Shown here: positions 36,599-47,910 of the stretch, one piece after another | How the letters are laid out: every line of letters starts with the position of its first letter | How positions within the stretch are numbered: the first letter of the stretch is position 1 | DNA from: Terriglobia bacterium | GTDB taxonomy: Bacteria; Acidobacteriota; Terriglobia; 20CM-2-55-15 | Direction of reading: 5' to 3' | Length of the DNA: 64,000 nucleotides | Assembly (NCBI GenBank): GCA_965198225.1 | Contig: CBDAOY010000007.1 | Span: forward strand, 896,001 to 960,000 | The notes under the pieces: generated by a model | The model's input: only the letters and a program-made list of their open reading frames with translations | Databases searched by the model: none | Told to the model about the DNA's origin: nothing | Made by a program: the position numbers and the translations under genes

Positions 36599-39217
36599 GT
36601 GATTCAGCCCGGTTCCAAGCTTGCACACTACGAAATCGTTTCTGCCCTAGGAAAGGGCGGTATGGGCGAGGTGTGGCGTGCGCAGGACTCCAAGCTCGGG
36701 CGCGAAGTGGCCATCAAGACCCTGCCCGAAAGGTTCGCACAAGACGGGGAACGCCTGGCCCGATTTGAGCGTGAGGCCAAACTGCTCGCCTCGTTGAACC
36801 ATCCCAACATCGCTGCGATCTACGGTCTGGAAGAAGACAACGGCACGCGGTTCCTCGTCCTCGAACTCGTCGAGGGCGACACGCTTGCCGACCGGCTCAA
36901 GCAGGGGGCCACCCCGGTCGAGGAATCCCTCAAGCTCGCACTCCAGATTGCCGAAGCACTCGAAGCCGCGCACGAGAAGGGCGTCATCCACCGCGACTTG
37001 AAGCCCTTAAATATAAAGGTCACGCCCGAGGGCAAGATCAAGGTCCTGGACTTCGGACTAGCGAAGGCGTTTGCCGGGGACGGTTCAGACCCGAACCTGT
37101 CGCAGTCACCGACGTTGAGCATGGCGGCGACGCAGCAAGGGGTCATCCTCGGCACCGCCGCCTACATGTCGCCCGAACAGGCACGGGGCCAGGAAGCCGA
37201 CAAGCGGGCCGATGTGTGGGCGTTCGGATGCGTCCTGTTCGAGATGCTGGCCGGTCGACGCGCGTTCCCAGGCGAATTGGCCTCCGACATTCTGGCCGCC
37301 GTGATCCGGGCCGAACCGGAGTGGAGCGGATTGCCCGCGAACCTCCATCCCCACGTCGTCGAGTTGCTCGAACGCTGTCTGGAGAAAGACCCGAAGAACC
37401 GCTGGCACCATGTCGCCGACGTTCGTGTGGGCATCGAAAGAGTTCAGGCGGACCCCGCAGGGCTTCTGGATCGGACCGGTTCGGCCTCACCTGAGGTGGG
37501 GCGTCGCCTCTTGCCCTGGGCAACCGGTGTTGCTGGCGCAGTTCTTGCCTTGATGTTCACAACCGTATTTGTGGAGTCGCCTACCACCCCCGGTGACGTG
37601 ACCCGCCTGACACTGACGCTCCCGTCCGACCAGCGGCTCGCCGGTAGAAAATCGATGACGCTCTCACCCGACGGCAGTCGGGTCGTGTACACGGCCAGCA
37701 CCGGCGGTCGGCCCATGCTGTACGTGCGGCCGCTCGACCAGTACGAGGCCACTGCAATTACTGGAACCGAGGGGGCGGCGGATCCGTTCTTCTCTCCGGA
37801 CAGCCAGTCGGTGGGCTTCTTCGCGGAAGGGCGACTGAAGACCGTTCGGTTGTCAGGTGGGCTGCCGAATCCTCTCGCCCCCGCCCCGTTTGCTTTCGGC
37901 GCGGATTGGGGTGAAGACGAGCACATTATTTACAGCCCCACGCTGAACAGTGGGCTGTGGCGGGTCCCGGAAGGGGGCGGGCAGCCCGGGCAGCTGACTG
38001 CGCCGGATCCTGACGGCGGAGAGTACGGCCATGTCCATCCTCAATACCTTCCTGATGGCCACAGTGTCCTGTTCAGTGTGTGGGGGCCGCGCACCCCAGC
38101 GATCCTTTCGCTGGACACGGGGCAGTGGGAAGCAATAAATCTCTCAGCAAGATCCGGTCAGGCATTCTATCTTTCGACGGGCCATCTCCTCTTCGCCTCG
38201 GGGCCACAAGTAGAGGCGATCCCATTCGATCCGGCGAGTCTTTCGGCGGCGGGTAGCAGCGCCGGCGTCCTGACTGACGCTGCCAGGAGCGTGGGTTTCG
38301 TCTTTTCGACGGCGAACAACGGGACACTCGCCTACCTTCCGAAGCAGCCGTCCCAATTGGTGTGGGTCGACAGACGAGGGAATAAAGAGCCACTGGAGGT
38401 ACCCACGGGCGAGTACGGCAGGCCCCGGCTATCCCCAGGTGGCAACCGCGTTGCCGCATTGCAGTCGGGAGGCGTGGCCGCGTTGCTGGTGATCGATATC
38501 GCAAGCGGCACTCCGACGACGATACCGACACCGGGAAGGGGTACTTTAGGCCTTGTGTGGATGGACGACGGGACCCTGATCTTTGGATCGAACAGAGCCG
38601 ACAATTTCGACATCTATTACGTCGATGTGGACAGCGGTGGAGCGATGGAAGCGATCCTGGTCAAGGCGTTCGATCAGATGCCCTCATCCTGGCTTCCGGA
38701 AGAACGCCTGCTCGCTTACAGAGAGATCAATCCGGTCACCGGCGCCGACATCTGGTTGCTGGACCTGGACGACGGTGAGCCGAGACCGCTCGTTGTCACC
38801 TCGGGCTACGACCGTTTCGCCCAATTTTCACCCGACGGCAACTGGGTGGCCTACGCGTCCGATGAGTCGGGTCGCGACCAGGTCTTCATCTGCTCGTTAA
38901 CCGATTGCACCGGAGTTCGGAGGACCGTGGGGTTCGGGAGCGAACCGCACTGGTCACCCGATAGCCGGGACTTGTTCTTTCGCCACGGGAACCAGGTGAT
39001 GGCGAGAGAGATCACGGACGCGTCAACAATGACCCTTGGTAATGAGACGCGGATGCTCTTCGAGGATCAATTTCGGTATCCGACGTTCGACCTTGCTTCA
39101 TACGACCTCCATCCAGACGGCGACCGCTTCCTCATGATTAGCGACCCGACGAACGACGAGATCCGGGTAATCTTGAACTGGGTTGAAGAGTTGAAGGAAT
39201 TGGTGCCGGTCCCATAA
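36599..39217 (+). CDS. Ser/Thr protein kinase with TM helix and TolB/PD40 beta-propeller
   Basis: GKGGMGEV, VAIK, HRDLKP, DFGLAK and YMSPEQ, then SPDG repeats. Confidence 0.95.
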   Translation: MIQPGSKLAHYEIVSALGKGGMGEVWRAQDSKLGREVAIKTLPERFAQDGERLARFEREAKLLASLNHPNIAAIYGLEEDNGTRFLVLELVEGDTLADRLKQGATPVEESLKLALQIAEALEAAHEKGVIHRDLKPLNIKVTPEGKIKVLDFGLAKAFAGDGSDPNLSQSPTLSMAATQQGVILGTAAYMSPEQARGQEADKRADVWAFGCVLFEMLAGRRAFPGELASDILAAVIRAEPEWSGLPANLHPHVVELLERCLEKDPKNRWHHVADVRVGIERVQADPAGLLDRTGSASPEVGRRLLPWATGVAGAVLALMFTTVFVESPTTPGDVTRLTLTLPSDQRLAGRKSMTLSPDGSRVVYTASTGGRPMLYVRPLDQYEATAITGTEGAADPFFSPDSQSVGFFAEGRLKTVRLSGGLPNPLAPAPFAFGADWGEDEHIIYSPTLNSGLWRVPEGGGQPGQLTAPDPDGGEYGHVHPQYLPDGHSVLFSVWGPRTPAILSLDTGQWEAINLSARSGQAFYLSTGHLLFASGPQVEAIPFDPASLSAAGSSAGVLTDAARSVGFVFSTANNGTLAYLPKQPSQLVWVDRRGNKEPLEVPTGEYGRPRLSPGGNRVAALQSGGVAALLVIDIASGTPTTIPTPGRGTLGLVWMDDGTLIFGSNRADNFDIYYVDVDSGGAMEAILVKAFDQMPSSWLPEERLLAYREINPVTGADIWLLDLDDGEPRPLVVTSGYDRFAQFSPDGNWVAYASDESGRDQVFICSLTDCTGVRRTVGFGSEPHWSPDSRDLFFRHGNQVMAREITDASTMTLGNETRMLFEDQFRYPTFDLASYDLHPDGDRFLMISDPTNDEIRVILNWVEELKELVPVP

Positions 39218-39268
39218 GGCCCTTCCGTCTCGCTGACCAACCCCTCCAATCACCGATAACCTTCTCCC

Positions 39269-40276
39269 ATGCCTCCTCGCAATCGCCACTGCCCGAAGTG
39301 TCAGGCCCAGGCCCGCCAACGTTGGCTTGAAGCGCGCCAGAGCGAACTGCTACCCACACCCTATTTCCATGTCGTGTTCACTCTCCCGCATCAGCTCCAT
39401 CCGCTGATCCGACACAACATGGTCGTGCTCTACAACCTGCTGTTTCGGACCGTCGCCGCAACGCTTCGGGAAGTCGCGGCCAATCCGGAACGTCTGGGCG
39501 CCCAGGTCGGTTTCTTTGCCGTCCTCCACACCTGGAGCCAGAATCTGCAGTTTCATCCGCATATCCACTGCGTGGTTCCCGCCGGCGGACTCGATGCCGA
39601 CCACACCCGTTGGGTCCCCGGTTCCCAGAGATTCTTCTTACCCATCCCGGTACTCCGCGACGTGTTCCGCGGTAAGTTCGTCGATGCCCTCGAGGCCGCC
39701 TTTACCAAGAACCAACTCCGTTTCTCTGGATCCATTCAGTTCCTAGAACTCTCCAAGTGCTTTCGCGCTCTGATCCGTAGCCTCCATCACCGCCAATGGG
39801 TCGTCTATGCCAAACCGCCCTTCGGAGGACCCGAACAGGTGCTCCGCTATCTCGGCCGCTACACCCACCGGGTCGCGATCTCCAACCATCGATTGGTTTC
39901 GTTTGACCGAGACCAGGTCCGATTCCGTTGGCGGGATTACCGCAACGGCAACAAGAAACGCAAATTGACGCTGAGGACCGAAGAGTTCATCCGACGATTC
40001 CTGCTCCACGTTCTGCCCAAACGTTTCGTCCGCATTCGCTACTTCGGCTTCATGACCAACCGTTCCCGCAAACCTTCAATCGCGCTGTGCCGGCAACTGA
40101 TATCGAAACAAACTGCGTCTGGAGAAGAATCCATCGCACCGCCGTCCACGACCACGACTCGTTCCACATGGACGTGTCCGGAATGTGGTGGACCTATGAA
40201 AGTTCGACAGCGGCTCACCGCTCTCGACATACGACGAGGAGGACTGACCCGTTGTATGGGCTTCAATACGTCCTAA
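39269..40276 (+). pseudogene. IS91 family (Y2/HUH) transposase, N-terminally truncated
   Basis: Starts at RNRHCPKCQ; has HPHIH and YLGRY. Lacks the first ~60 aa and the integrase partner seen at 48044. Confidence 0.88.
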
Positions 40277-40739
40277 TCCGCGATGAACAACTCGACCATC
40301 TGGATCTGCTCCCGCAGGCCCACGCACTGCTACGTCTACTCCCGCAAATCCAGCTCCCAATCTCCTCCCATCGCCCTCGATCTGGATCCACAATCACGAC
40401 CGGTTCCCATCATCGCCCTCACAATCACTCGATTCTTCCAACTTGCACGCGCACTTCGAGCTCAAAAACACCTGCCAGCCCATACCTTCTCCATAGGCCC
40501 ACCGTCTTCGCCTGATTCCCGCCCGCTTCCTTCAAACTTCGTTATCCATATTGCCCGGTCCGTCCGATTCCGCCGATCCTGCTACCGGGTCGACGCCGGG
40601 CAATTCCGATCAACGCTAGCGGTATTACGTCCGGGTGACTGTTTGTTGTGTTCAACTCCTTCCTGCCGTAGTATTTACCAAATTTTCCGACAGCGACAAT
40701 TTAACGCCAGCAAGGTAAAGCGACGGAGGCACCGTAGCT

Positions 40740-41015
40740 ATGCCCCTCGAATCCGGCAGCCATCTCGGTAGCTACGAGATCTTGTCCGCTCTGGGCGAGG
40801 GAGGCATGGGCGAAGTGTGGCGTGCCCGGGACGCGAAGCTCGAGCGTGAAGTCGCCATCAAGACCCTTTCCGAGGAGTTCGCCAAGGATGAAGAACGGCT
40901 GTCCCGGTTTGAACGTGAAGCCAAGCTACTCGCGTCGCTGAACCATCCCAACATCGCGTCCAACTACGGACTGGAAGAACAGACCGGCTCCCGTTCTCTC
41001 ATTCTGGAGGAGAAG
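40740..41015 (+). pseudogene. N-terminal fragment of a Ser/Thr kinase
   Basis: [13 protein letters not shown]...VAIK...LNHPNIA, then truncated. Confidence 0.88.
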
Positions 41016-41020
41016 AGGCT

Positions 41021-42212
41021 ATGGTAACCCCTGATTTGCTTCAAATTGTACAAGACCTTGAACCGACGATCCTCCGTCACGCTGCCACGGCAGAGGACAA
41101 CCGGGAGATGGCACCGAGGTAATGTCGGCCCTTGTCGACTCCGGTTTACTCAAGATGTGGGTTCCGGAGGCATTCGGCGGACTGGAGATTGCGCCAAACG
41201 ATGCTCTCCATGTAATGGAAGAACTTTCGCGCATCGATCCTGCAACAGGGTGGGTGGTCAGCAATTGCGTGTTCATCTCTATCCTCGGTCAGTTCCTTCC
41301 ACTTCCCGTCGTGCAAGAGCTTCTAGGAGGCCCTGGGACTGTGACCTGCGGCACCTTCGTGCCACCGGGAACCGCGAAAGAGATCGGGGATAGCTACATC
41401 ATCAACGGTAATTGGTCCTTCGGCAGTGCATCGCACTACGCGTCGAGTCTGGTGACGTTGAGCGTATTGTCCGACGACGATGGTCCTGTGATGGGGGAAG
41501 GCGATGCGCCAGTGACTATTCTCGCCTTCTTCGAACCCAAGGACGTGACCTTCCTCGATACTTGGTACACCCTTGGGCTTCGAGCGACCGGAAGCAAGAA
41601 CTTCACGGCCGAAAACCTACACGTGCCTCGTGATCATGCCTACGTACTTGGCCCCTGGGAAACGACAGAGGGTCCGTTCGCCTCACCTCTTTATCGCATG
41701 GGCCTGATCATAGACGCCGTCCGTATAGCGCAGGTCGGCGTTGGCATCGCGCAGGGCGCGCCGATTTTTCAGCAGTGGGCGCGCTGGAGGAGTTCGTTGA
41801 GCTTGCGTCAGCTAAGACCCCAGCCTACACGGTGAAACTCACCGCCGATCGGGCGACGGTGCAAGAGCGCGTGGCCAAAGCCCAAGCGCTCATCCAGGCT
41901 GCCCGTCACACCCTGAGATACACCGTGGGCGATGCCTGGGACTCGGTTCAGGACGATCCCCGTATCACGGGACAAACATGCGTGCCTATGGGGCTAGCGG
42001 CATCGTACGCGCTAGATGCTTCGGTTCAGGGTGTCGATCTGTTGTATGAATCAGGCGGGTCCACGTCATTCCGCAACGAGTCACCTCTGCAGAAGCGATT
42101 TCGAGATTTGCAGACGCTCCGCCAGAACGCCATCGCTTCGTGGAGCCGCTACGAATCATTGGGTAAGCTCATCCTGGGGCGAGAAAGCGACTGGCCGTTC
42201 CACCAGCTATGA
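41021..42212 (+). pseudogene. Acyl-CoA dehydrogenase-fold flavin monooxygenase (HsaA-like) with two frameshifts
   Basis: MVTPDLLQ start after GGAGG, VPEAFGG, GNWSFGS, GLRATGS and LQKRFRD. Breaks at ~41117 and 41761. Confidence 0.85.
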
Positions 42213-42275
42213 TGCAGACCCCAAATGCGTCAATGCCAGAAGCCGTGAGGACAGGCTCCCGTCCTTCAAAGGGGT

Positions 42276-42821
42276 TTGACGATGCGACTTGAATCGTTCA
42301 TCGCATGCTGTTGGAAGAGTCATAGACTGACGACCGAAGCCTGCCGTTTGCTGCCGCCAGACAAGTGGGGATGGAGGCCAACAGATAAGGTCTTCACAGC
42401 GGGCGAACTGATTTGCCACATGGCCTACTTGCGGTGTTGGTTCGCCGAGTCGGCCGTGAGGGCGAACTCCGAGTGGAGGCCCGACGAGGCGGCCGGTCCG
42501 ATCCGCTCGATCGAGAGAGGGCTCCTCCTTCTCTCTGAGTGCCACGACTACGCTACGGAGCTCTATGGTACGTTGAGCGATGCTCAGTTTGAGGAAACGA
42601 TCGAGACCCTGTACGGGTTTGACTGCCCACGCTGGCAGCTAGCTGAGGGCATGATCGACCACGAAACGCATCATCGCGGTCAGCTTCACACCTACCTGCG
42701 ACTGCTCGGTGTGCCTGGCGACAGATTGGCGCCGATATTTCATCATGTGTGCACGCTAAGAGCGGGCTCGGACCCGGTATCGCAGCCTCTGGCCCTCGGT
42801 AGCACTCGGTGCCTGTCATAG
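42276..42821 (+). CDS. DinB family protein
   Basis: WRP...TAGELICH and MIDHETHHRGQLHTYLRLLG. Confidence 0.88.
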   Translation: MTMRLESFIACCWKSHRLTTEACRLLPPDKWGWRPTDKVFTAGELICHMAYLRCWFAESAVRANSEWRPDEAAGPIRSIERGLLLLSECHDYATELYGTLSDAQFEETIETLYGFDCPRWQLAEGMIDHETHHRGQLHTYLRLLGVPGDRLAPIFHHVCTLRAGSDPVSQPLALGSTRCLS

Positions 42822-42839
42822 CAACCGATTGGAGGTCAG

Positions 42840-43751
42840 ATGTACTACTTCACCCGAATCCAACTCGCAAAGGTGTTGGCCGTCGCCGCGCTATTCCTTT
42901 TGAGTCCGCCGCTGACTCGGGGACAGGCTCCAACCGGCGATCCCGTTGGTGTCGATCAAATTACTTGGGTAAACCCGCCAGAGGCACTGCCGCCGAACAC
43001 AAAGCACGACACGTTCTGGAGCCCGTCCATGGACCTGGAGGTTGGGTACTCCATCTACCTTCCGCCTGGTTACGAGGAGGGTGTTGCGCGATATCCCGTG
43101 GTCTACTGGCTCCATGGTCGCGGCGGCAACGAGGCGGGAGTCTCGCCGATCCCGGTGCTTCACGCCGCAATTCAGGACGGCCGCGCCAAACCGATCGTGT
43201 TCGTCATCGTGAACGGCGGTGTCGCTAGCGGCTACATTGACAACCCGACCACCGGAGTGATGGGAGAGTCAGTCGTCGTCCGTGAACTCATCCCCCACAT
43301 TGAAGGCACGTATCGCGTTGGTTCTAACGCAGCGAGTCGTGGCATCGGCGGCATGTCGATGGGAGGTGCGGGTGCAGTTCGAATGGCGCTCCGTTATCCG
43401 GAAATGTTCGGTGTGGTGGTGTCAGTGGCAGGTGCACTCTTCGATTACGCCTCAATCATGGAACGCCACTGGGTGCCTGATGCCGCCTTGGCGCGAAGCT
43501 ATGACCCCTATGTGCAAGCGAGTCGACAGGCCGTACGCCTGCACCAGTCACTTTCGCTGCGGATGTTTATCGGGACAAACGACGGGCAGTTGAATAACAA
43601 TCGCCGATTCAACACTCATCTTGATGACCTCGGCGTACCCTGTGAGTACACTCAACTCGAAGGAATCGAGCATAACTTGTCTCAGTACCTAAACGCCGTC
43701 GGATTAGAAATCTTCGGCTTCTACTCGGCCCATCTTGTGAAGCCTGATTAG
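42840..43751 (+). CDS. Exported esterase (alpha/beta hydrolase, Fes-like)
   Basis: Signal peptide, YLPPGY, YWLHG, ELIPHIE and GMSMGG. Confidence 0.9.
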   Translation: MYYFTRIQLAKVLAVAALFLLSPPLTRGQAPTGDPVGVDQITWVNPPEALPPNTKHDTFWSPSMDLEVGYSIYLPPGYEEGVARYPVVYWLHGRGGNEAGVSPIPVLHAAIQDGRAKPIVFVIVNGGVASGYIDNPTTGVMGESVVVRELIPHIEGTYRVGSNAASRGIGGMSMGGAGAVRMALRYPEMFGVVVSVAGALFDYASIMERHWVPDAALARSYDPYVQASRQAVRLHQSLSLRMFIGTNDGQLNNNRRFNTHLDDLGVPCEYTQLEGIEHNLSQYLNAVGLEIFGFYSAHLVKPD

Positions 43752-43825
43752 ACGGTTGTCCGGACAGCCGTTGATGTATAGTCGCCGATACGGAAACGTG
43801 GATTGTTCGGAGAATCGGAGCGGAC

Positions 43826-44632
43826 CTAATACACGAATACCACGGGCCTCACGATCATCCCGTCACCATCCTCGATGTTGAGAGGCACGCCGACAAAGAA
43901 CATGTTCTGCTTATCGAGCAGCACTTCGACGTTGAACAACTGCTCATAAACCGGGATGCCTCTGGATAGAAACGAGTAGTGCCCCCCCGTCGTGCTCGTC
44001 TCACCGACATACCCGACGCTGAATCCGTCTGTCCCGTATGAACGAACGGGTAGCGTAGCGAGAAACTCGGCGGCTTCGTCAGTCAGTGTTGGAAACTGCG
44101 GGATTACCTGCTCGGGCGAGGGAGGGCTGTATCCAGTTACGATCAGCACAATGTCGTCTGGATCCACCTCGCCCCGGAACATTCCGATCGGGACGGACGG
44201 TCCGTTGGGATAACCGCGCGCATCAAAGACTCTCACTGGCCCCGCGAACGCCTCGACTGGAAAGCTATCGACACCTCCGCTGAATCCGTAGTGATTCGGC
44301 GCATCTACATGGGGACCGCCGTGGTTGAACAAGTTGTAGTAGGCGTTTGACCCTGCATCGTTTGTATGAGGGATCACCTCGAACGAATTCGAGTCGTAGC
44401 CTCTTAGCTCGAGTAAAGCACTGCCCCACACGCGCTCGGGAAGGTCCTCCGTCACCAAGGCACCGAGATCGATGACCTCCGAGGGCGCGAACACAACCTG
44501 GCTTTCAGGGACGGCTTCTGGGACTGTGCATGCGCTGACGCTCGCGAAAATGGCCAACCAGACCGCGTGCCACAAACTGCACGATAGGAGTGATGTGATC
44601 CAAGCAGCATCCTGACAGAGTGAGCGAGCCAT
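43826..44632 (-). CDS. Cyclase (kynurenine formamidase-like) family protein with probable lipoprotein signal
   Basis: HGGPHVDAPNH, GTDGFS and PLNIEDGDG...RP motifs; VSAC lipobox-like. Confidence 0.82.
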   Translation of the reverse strand: MARSLCQDAAWITSLLSCSLWHAVWLAIFASVSACTVPEAVPESQVVFAPSEVIDLGALVTEDLPERVWGSALLELRGYDSNSFEVIPHTNDAGSNAYYNLFNHGGPHVDAPNHYGFSGGVDSFPVEAFAGPVRVFDARGYPNGPSVPIGMFRGEVDPDDIVLIVTGYSPPSPEQVIPQFPTLTDEAAEFLATLPVRSYGTDGFSVGYVGETSTTGGHYSFLSRGIPVYEQLFNVEVLLDKQNMFFVGVPLNIEDGDGMIVRPVVFVY

Positions 44633-45090
44633 AGGCCTCCTTCTCGGGTGGAACTGCGCAGAGGCTACCAGAGGAGGCGATCCGGCTCAAGCCTCAGCGG
44701 GATGACCCTGGGAAGCAAATTAACGCACGGCTTCGGAGCTTGAGCCGCTTCGTCAACGTGTGCCAGCTCCCTGATTTTTCGAGGCCAAGTCCCCATAAGT
44801 CGCCTACACGTCCTTGTGGATTGCGTTTGGAAATCTCCAGGCACCTCATCGCTACCGCCTGATGCTTCCCCTGGGGGCGCACCTACCGCAGCACCATGTT
44901 CAGCTTGGAGTGTCCGAGGAGGGCTGCGAGTGTAGCCGTCCGGGCCGAAAAGCGGCTCAATCACGCTCCGATGACTGCGCCGTGAAGAGTAACGCAGCGG
45001 GTGTTAGGGTTGTCCTGAAGGCAGCGGCAGGTGTGGAGAGACGAAGCTCTGATCGCTCCGGGCAACAGTCCGGTTACTGAACGCTGGCGC

Positions 45091-45921
45091 TTATTGCCCG
45101 TTGCACTGCGGACTAAGCATGTCCAGGTTGGTCAGGCTGATGCGATCACCGCTCGGACGGCTGATCAACGCGCCTCTCGCCAGCATCCGGTGACCCTCGT
45201 GAGCGGCGGGGTCGAAATCGCCAAGCATGAAGAAGTTGATCAGATCGAACGTCAGGTCGCCGATCGCGATTCTTCGGGCTGCGTTCAACTCTTCCGGCGT
45301 CGATTCCATCTCCGGGTCCGGGTTTCGGTTCCGGCTTGGATTGCTGGTCAGGGTCAGCGTCCATTGGTTCCCTTCTGTCCGCGTCAGGCAACCGACAGCT
45401 TGAACCAGCGAATTGGGTGGCAGCGGCTTTGGCCCGTCTTTGCCTTCGATTCGAATGTTGCCGGCGGAACTGGGATTCAACTCGACGTCTCCGGCCGGAA
45501 AGCCGAGCTTCTCCAGGAGGTGCGCTACGACAACAAGGTACTCCGAATCGCTCAATGGGGGTCTGCGACGGGGCATGGTCGATCGGACCTTCGCGTAAAG
45601 ACTACCGACGGTGTCCTCTCGCCAGTTCTCGAAGAAGACGGGCTCGTTGAGTCTCGTCCCCCCCCGCCCTCCGCCTCTGGTCGTCTCTCCGTGGCAACCG
45701 TCGCAGTTGGCCTCGAATACCACCTGGCCCGCCCGCGCCTGAGCCTCCGTGTAGACGCCTTCCCAGGCGGTCTTGCTTTCCGCCCCGGTTTGAAGGATCG
45801 TCCGCGCGGCCTCGCCTTTTGAAACCGGGTTCCACATCCCCACAATGATCAGGCCGGCAATCAAGAGAACCCCTCCCCTTCGTTGACTCCTGGCCTTCGT
45901 CTTCTCTTGGTAGTGCTGCAT
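45091..45921 (-). CDS. Exported c-type cytochrome with C-terminal extra domain
   Basis: GVYTEAQARAG...CDGCH heme motif, distal Met in STMP, and N-terminal TM/signal. Confidence 0.85.
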   Translation of the reverse strand: MQHYQEKTKARSQRRGGVLLIAGLIIVGMWNPVSKGEAARTILQTGAESKTAWEGVYTEAQARAGQVVFEANCDGCHGETTRGGGRGGTRLNEPVFFENWREDTVGSLYAKVRSTMPRRRPPLSDSEYLVVVAHLLEKLGFPAGDVELNPSSAGNIRIEGKDGPKPLPPNSLVQAVGCLTRTEGNQWTLTLTSNPSRNRNPDPEMESTPEELNAARRIAIGDLTFDLINFFMLGDFDPAAHEGHRMLARGALISRPSGDRISLTNLDMLSPQCNGQ

Positions 45922-46178
45922 GATGGTGTTCTCCCCTGGGTGCCGCTGAACCGAGCTCGTCCGCAGACACCCGACATCAATTCCTTTCCACAGACCGGTC
46001 TCAAGCCCATCGAGGTCCTTGCAGCGACCCTCCGGTCCGACCCGCACCTTGTAAGAAAATTTGGTAAATACTACGAAAGGTCGCAGATCAGTGCAAGCAA
46101 ACGCCACAACAAGGGACAGGATTCTCGAGTTTCGAAGAACAGCTCCTCCCTCGTGCGCACACTGCAACGCACCTATTC

Positions 46179-46290
46179 ACAGCGGACACGAAACTCGGCC
46201 TCTACGAGATCACCGCACCCATTGGCGCTGGTGGTATGGGTGTGGTCAACCGGGCCGCAGACACGTCCCTCCAGCGTCAGGTCGCGTTGA
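46179..46290 (+). pseudogene. Short N-terminal scrap of a Ser/Thr kinase
   Basis: Manual translation TKLGLYEITAPIGAGGMGVVNRAADTSLQRQVAL. Confidence 0.75.
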
Positions 46291-46482
46291 TTCTGGCGCC
46301 GAATCAGGAGTAACCCGACTTGCCTGCCACTTGCGGAATCCGACTGTCTGGCCAACAGCGAGCCGCGACAATCCACGCTATAAGAGAGGCCGCCCCTTTG
46401 TCGGCTGTTGTCAGGAGGAGAATCTCCCGACAACAACCGGTTCAACGTGGCTGCGTTGAACACAAGACAAAGGAACAAACAA

Positions 46483-47543
46483 ATGAAGCGAGACAAGTAT
46501 ATCGGCATGGATGTGCACCAGGCAACGACAGTGGTGACGGTGTTAGACGCGAAGGGGGCGGTGGTCTGGGAGACGATCGTCGACACGCAGGCCGGAGCAA
46601 TCATCCGAATGTTGGAAAGCCTGAGTGGAGGGCTGCATGTGACGTTTGAAGAGACCACGCAGGCGGCATGGCTGTATGAAGTGGTGCGACGCTACGTCCA
46701 GGAAGTGGTGGTCTGTGATCCTAGACGCAACAAGCTTCTCGGGGAGGGATCCAAGGCCGACAAAGCCGATGCGCGGAAGCTGGCCGAGTTACTCCGTGCC
46801 GGAATGCTGCGAGCGGTTTACCACGGTCACGACGCAACCCGCGGGTTGAAGGAACTGGTCCGCGGATACGAAACCTTGTCGGCCGATACGATGCGGACGA
46901 TGACTCGGATCAAGTCGATCTATCGTGCGCGGGGCATCCGGACACCCGGCCACGGAGTCTACCAACCCGCGCAACGCACCCAGTGGCTGGAACGATTGAC
47001 CGAGCCCGGAGTCGGGCAACGTGTCGGGTGGTTGTACGAAGAACTGGATCATTTACGGAGGTTGAGGAAAGAGGCGAAGCAGGCCATGTTGGCCGAGAGC
47101 CGGAAGCACAGGGCGATCACACTGTTGAGAAGCATTCCCAAACTGGGGCCGATTCGGAGTGCGTTGATTGTCGCGACCGTGGACACGCCCCATCGATTTC
47201 GCACGAAGCGTCAACTCTGGAGCTACTGTGGACTGGCTGTGAGAACTCATATGAGTTCGGAGTACGAACTCCAGGATGGTCGAGTCGTGCGCCGGCGTAA
47301 ACCGATTGCCACCCGGGGACTGAATCGCAATTGCAACCATCGTTTGAAGAACGTATTTATCGGTGCGGCGACCGGCGGGAGTCGGGCCGGGATCTCGGTC
47401 CCTACCTGGAACGTCTCAAACAGGATGGGATGCGCGCGGAAATGGCGCGACTGGCACTGGCACGCAAGATCGCCGCAATCGCACTCCGGATGTGGAAAAC
47501 AGGAGAGACGTTTGATCCGAAGAAGCTGAACTGGACAACATAG
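46483..47543 (+). pseudogene. IS110 recombinase/transposase with a frameshift near 47390
   Basis: YIGMDVH, FEE, KADKADA and SIPKLGP motifs. The C-terminal ALARKIAAIALRMWK is in another frame. Confidence 0.88.
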
Positions 47544-47910
47544 CCGTTTCGAACTGCTCGACCAAGGACATGAGGACATGGTCGCTCGTCGTTGGTGGTT
47601 GTTCGAAACGGTAGGGTCGAGGGTGAGGATCCGCAGGCATGTTGGCACACGATTACGATCGAAGGCCCATAATTCACTCTATCCCCCCTCGTACGGCCTG
47701 GAAAAGCAATAGCCCCTCGAGGCTCAGATAGAACTATGGCCGGCAACTAGGACCGATGCGCTTTTCAGTTTCTTGAACGACTCGACGTTGTGATGAGTGA
47801 ACCCGTTATTCGAAAACCTTGGATCTCGAGGGTTGCTTAGCGGAGACAGGGGCTGGTTGCCAAGACCTGTTTCATCGTCAGGGTGCCCCGCCGGTGGGAA
47901 GATGTTTCTC
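47544..47910 (+). ncRNA. Candidate bridge/seek RNA-encoding region of the IS110 element
   Basis: About 370 bp without a credible ORF between the transposase stop and the right end. Paired segments include CCGTTTCGAAC/GTTCGAAACGG and AGCCCCTCGAG/CTCGAGGGTT. Position matches IS1111-type guide RNAs. Confidence 0.5.
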
